Shown: positions 33,923 to 34,711 of the stretch, in pieces
How the letters are laid out: the number at the start of each line of letters is the position of its first letter
Position numbering within the stretch: the first letter of the stretch is position 1
DNA from: Anaerolineales bacterium
GTDB taxonomy: Bacteria; Chloroflexota; Anaerolineae; Anaerolineales; Villigracilaceae
Assembly: GCA_035716785.1 (NCBI GenBank)
Contig: DASTJG010000112.1
Coordinates: 1-34,711 of the forward strand
Reading direction: 5' to 3'
DNA length: 34,711 nucleotides
Notes under the pieces: model-generated
What the model was told of the DNA's origin: nothing
Seen by the model: the letters and a program-made list of their open reading frames with translations, nothing else
The model's database searches: none
Position numbers and translations under genes: made by a program

Positions 33923-34531
33923 CTAACGGACCATTCCTTTCCACAACTGGACCAATCCAAAACAAAATAAGGCAATTGCGGAAACGCCCAACAGGATGCG
34001 ATTCATCCGTGGACCCAACTGGCGCGCCAGGCCAAACACGATGATGGTCATGCAGAAACCCAGGATCATGGTCGCGTAAAAGCCCAGGAGAAACCCCAAT
34101 CCGTGGATGGGTCTTTCGCGCCAGCCTGCTAAAAGGATCGGACCCGTCACCAGGCTCCAGAAAATATAGGGGTTGGGATTCAGCGTGTTGATCAACGCGG
34201 CTTTGAGAACGCTTTGTTGAGTCCCTGTTTCTGAAGAGGAAATGTTCGGATCAAACTGTTTCCAGGATTTATAGGCGTTGTACGCGAGATATAAAACAAA
34301 TAATCCCCCGGCGATATACAGAAACCGTTGCAGCCAGGCCGGGACCTGACTGAGCACCAGCAGACAAAGGGCAATGATCGGCCCGTCGCTGACCAGCGGG
34401 GCAAGCGAGGCGGGCAGAGTCTGTTTCCAGCCTCTGGTCAGGGTCTGGGAAATAATGTAGGTTTGGAAGGGTCCGGGCTGGACGGCCGCGGCAAACCCAT
34501 AGCCGATGCCCTGTACGATGTAGAGCCACAT
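33923..34531 (-). CDS. LysE-family exporter
   Basis: AAAVQPGP, SDGPII, LNPNPYIFW, about 6 TM helices. Confidence 0.88.
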   Translation of the reverse strand: MWLYIVQGIGYGFAAAVQPGPFQTYIISQTLTRGWKQTLPASLAPLVSDGPIIALCLLVLSQVPAWLQRFLYIAGGLFVLYLAYNAYKSWKQFDPNISSSETGTQQSVLKAALINTLNPNPYIFWSLVTGPILLAGWRERPIHGLGFLLGFYATMILGFCMTIIVFGLARQLGPRMNRILLGVSAIALFCFGLVQLWKGMVR

Positions 34532-34534
34532 AAG

Positions 34535-34711
34535 TTATAGGTTACGCTCGTGAAGCCATTTCAAGATGTGATCCGCCACGGTTCTCCAGCCCGCTTCAAG
34601 CATCAGGTCGTGGGCCATTTGCGGATAAAGGATCGCTTCGATGTTGTATGCCCGCGCTGTTTTTTTCTGCTCTGCGACTGTGAAGATGCGATCGTTTTCA
34701 GCGCCGATCAC
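34535..34711 (-). CDS. Alpha/beta hydrolase, C-terminal fragment (continues beyond the window)
   Basis: Manual translation VIGAENDRIF...YPQMAHDLMLEAGWETVADHILKWL shows the catalytic Asp and His contexts. Confidence 0.8.
   Translation of the reverse strand: MIGAENDRIFTVAEQKKTARAYNIEAILYPQMAHDLMLEAGWRTVADHILKWLHERNL

Noticed and set aside
1-34711. CRISPR array, tRNA, rRNA or riboswitch
   Set aside because: No regularly spaced repeats or recognisable RNA-gene motifs in the short intergenic regions; a covariance-model search was not possible

Overview
Gene-dense bacterial chromosomal window of about 40 CDS, most likely from a Chloroflexota (Anaerolineae-like) organism. That assignment is an inference from the GAAC-N4-GTTC LexA box, the sAC-like cyclase, the DUF2089/SHOCT operon and GTAG-type REPs. 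No rRNA, tRNA, CRISPR, integrase or transposase was seen. The centrepiece (10572-16031, minus strand) is a mercury-methylation/arsenic cluster: arsR - hgcA - hgcB - an unannotated 25-aa Cys-rich micropeptide - arsP - arsM - ECF sigma factor, then a terminator and an ECF-type promoter, then a CMD/AhpD-like CxxC protein, a membrane protein and a DUF2892-like protein. Four copies of one palindrome (ATAGA-N6-TC[T/G]AT) tie it together: two at the arsR promoter, one before hgcA and one before arsP. The window also holds an autoregulated lexA, corA, a four-gene DUF2089/DUF4097 operon whose every product carries the same SHOCT-like helical module, tandem MFS paralogs, degV/tetR, a MocR-AhpD-EamA unit, split MarR/GNAT genes, an SDR, a LysM protein, a divergent glmS, a DUF1786 gene with an in-frame REP palindrome, a VIT1/CCC1 transporter and a 1430-aa soluble-adenylyl-cyclase-like STAND protein. 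All product calls come from motif recognition, not database searches.
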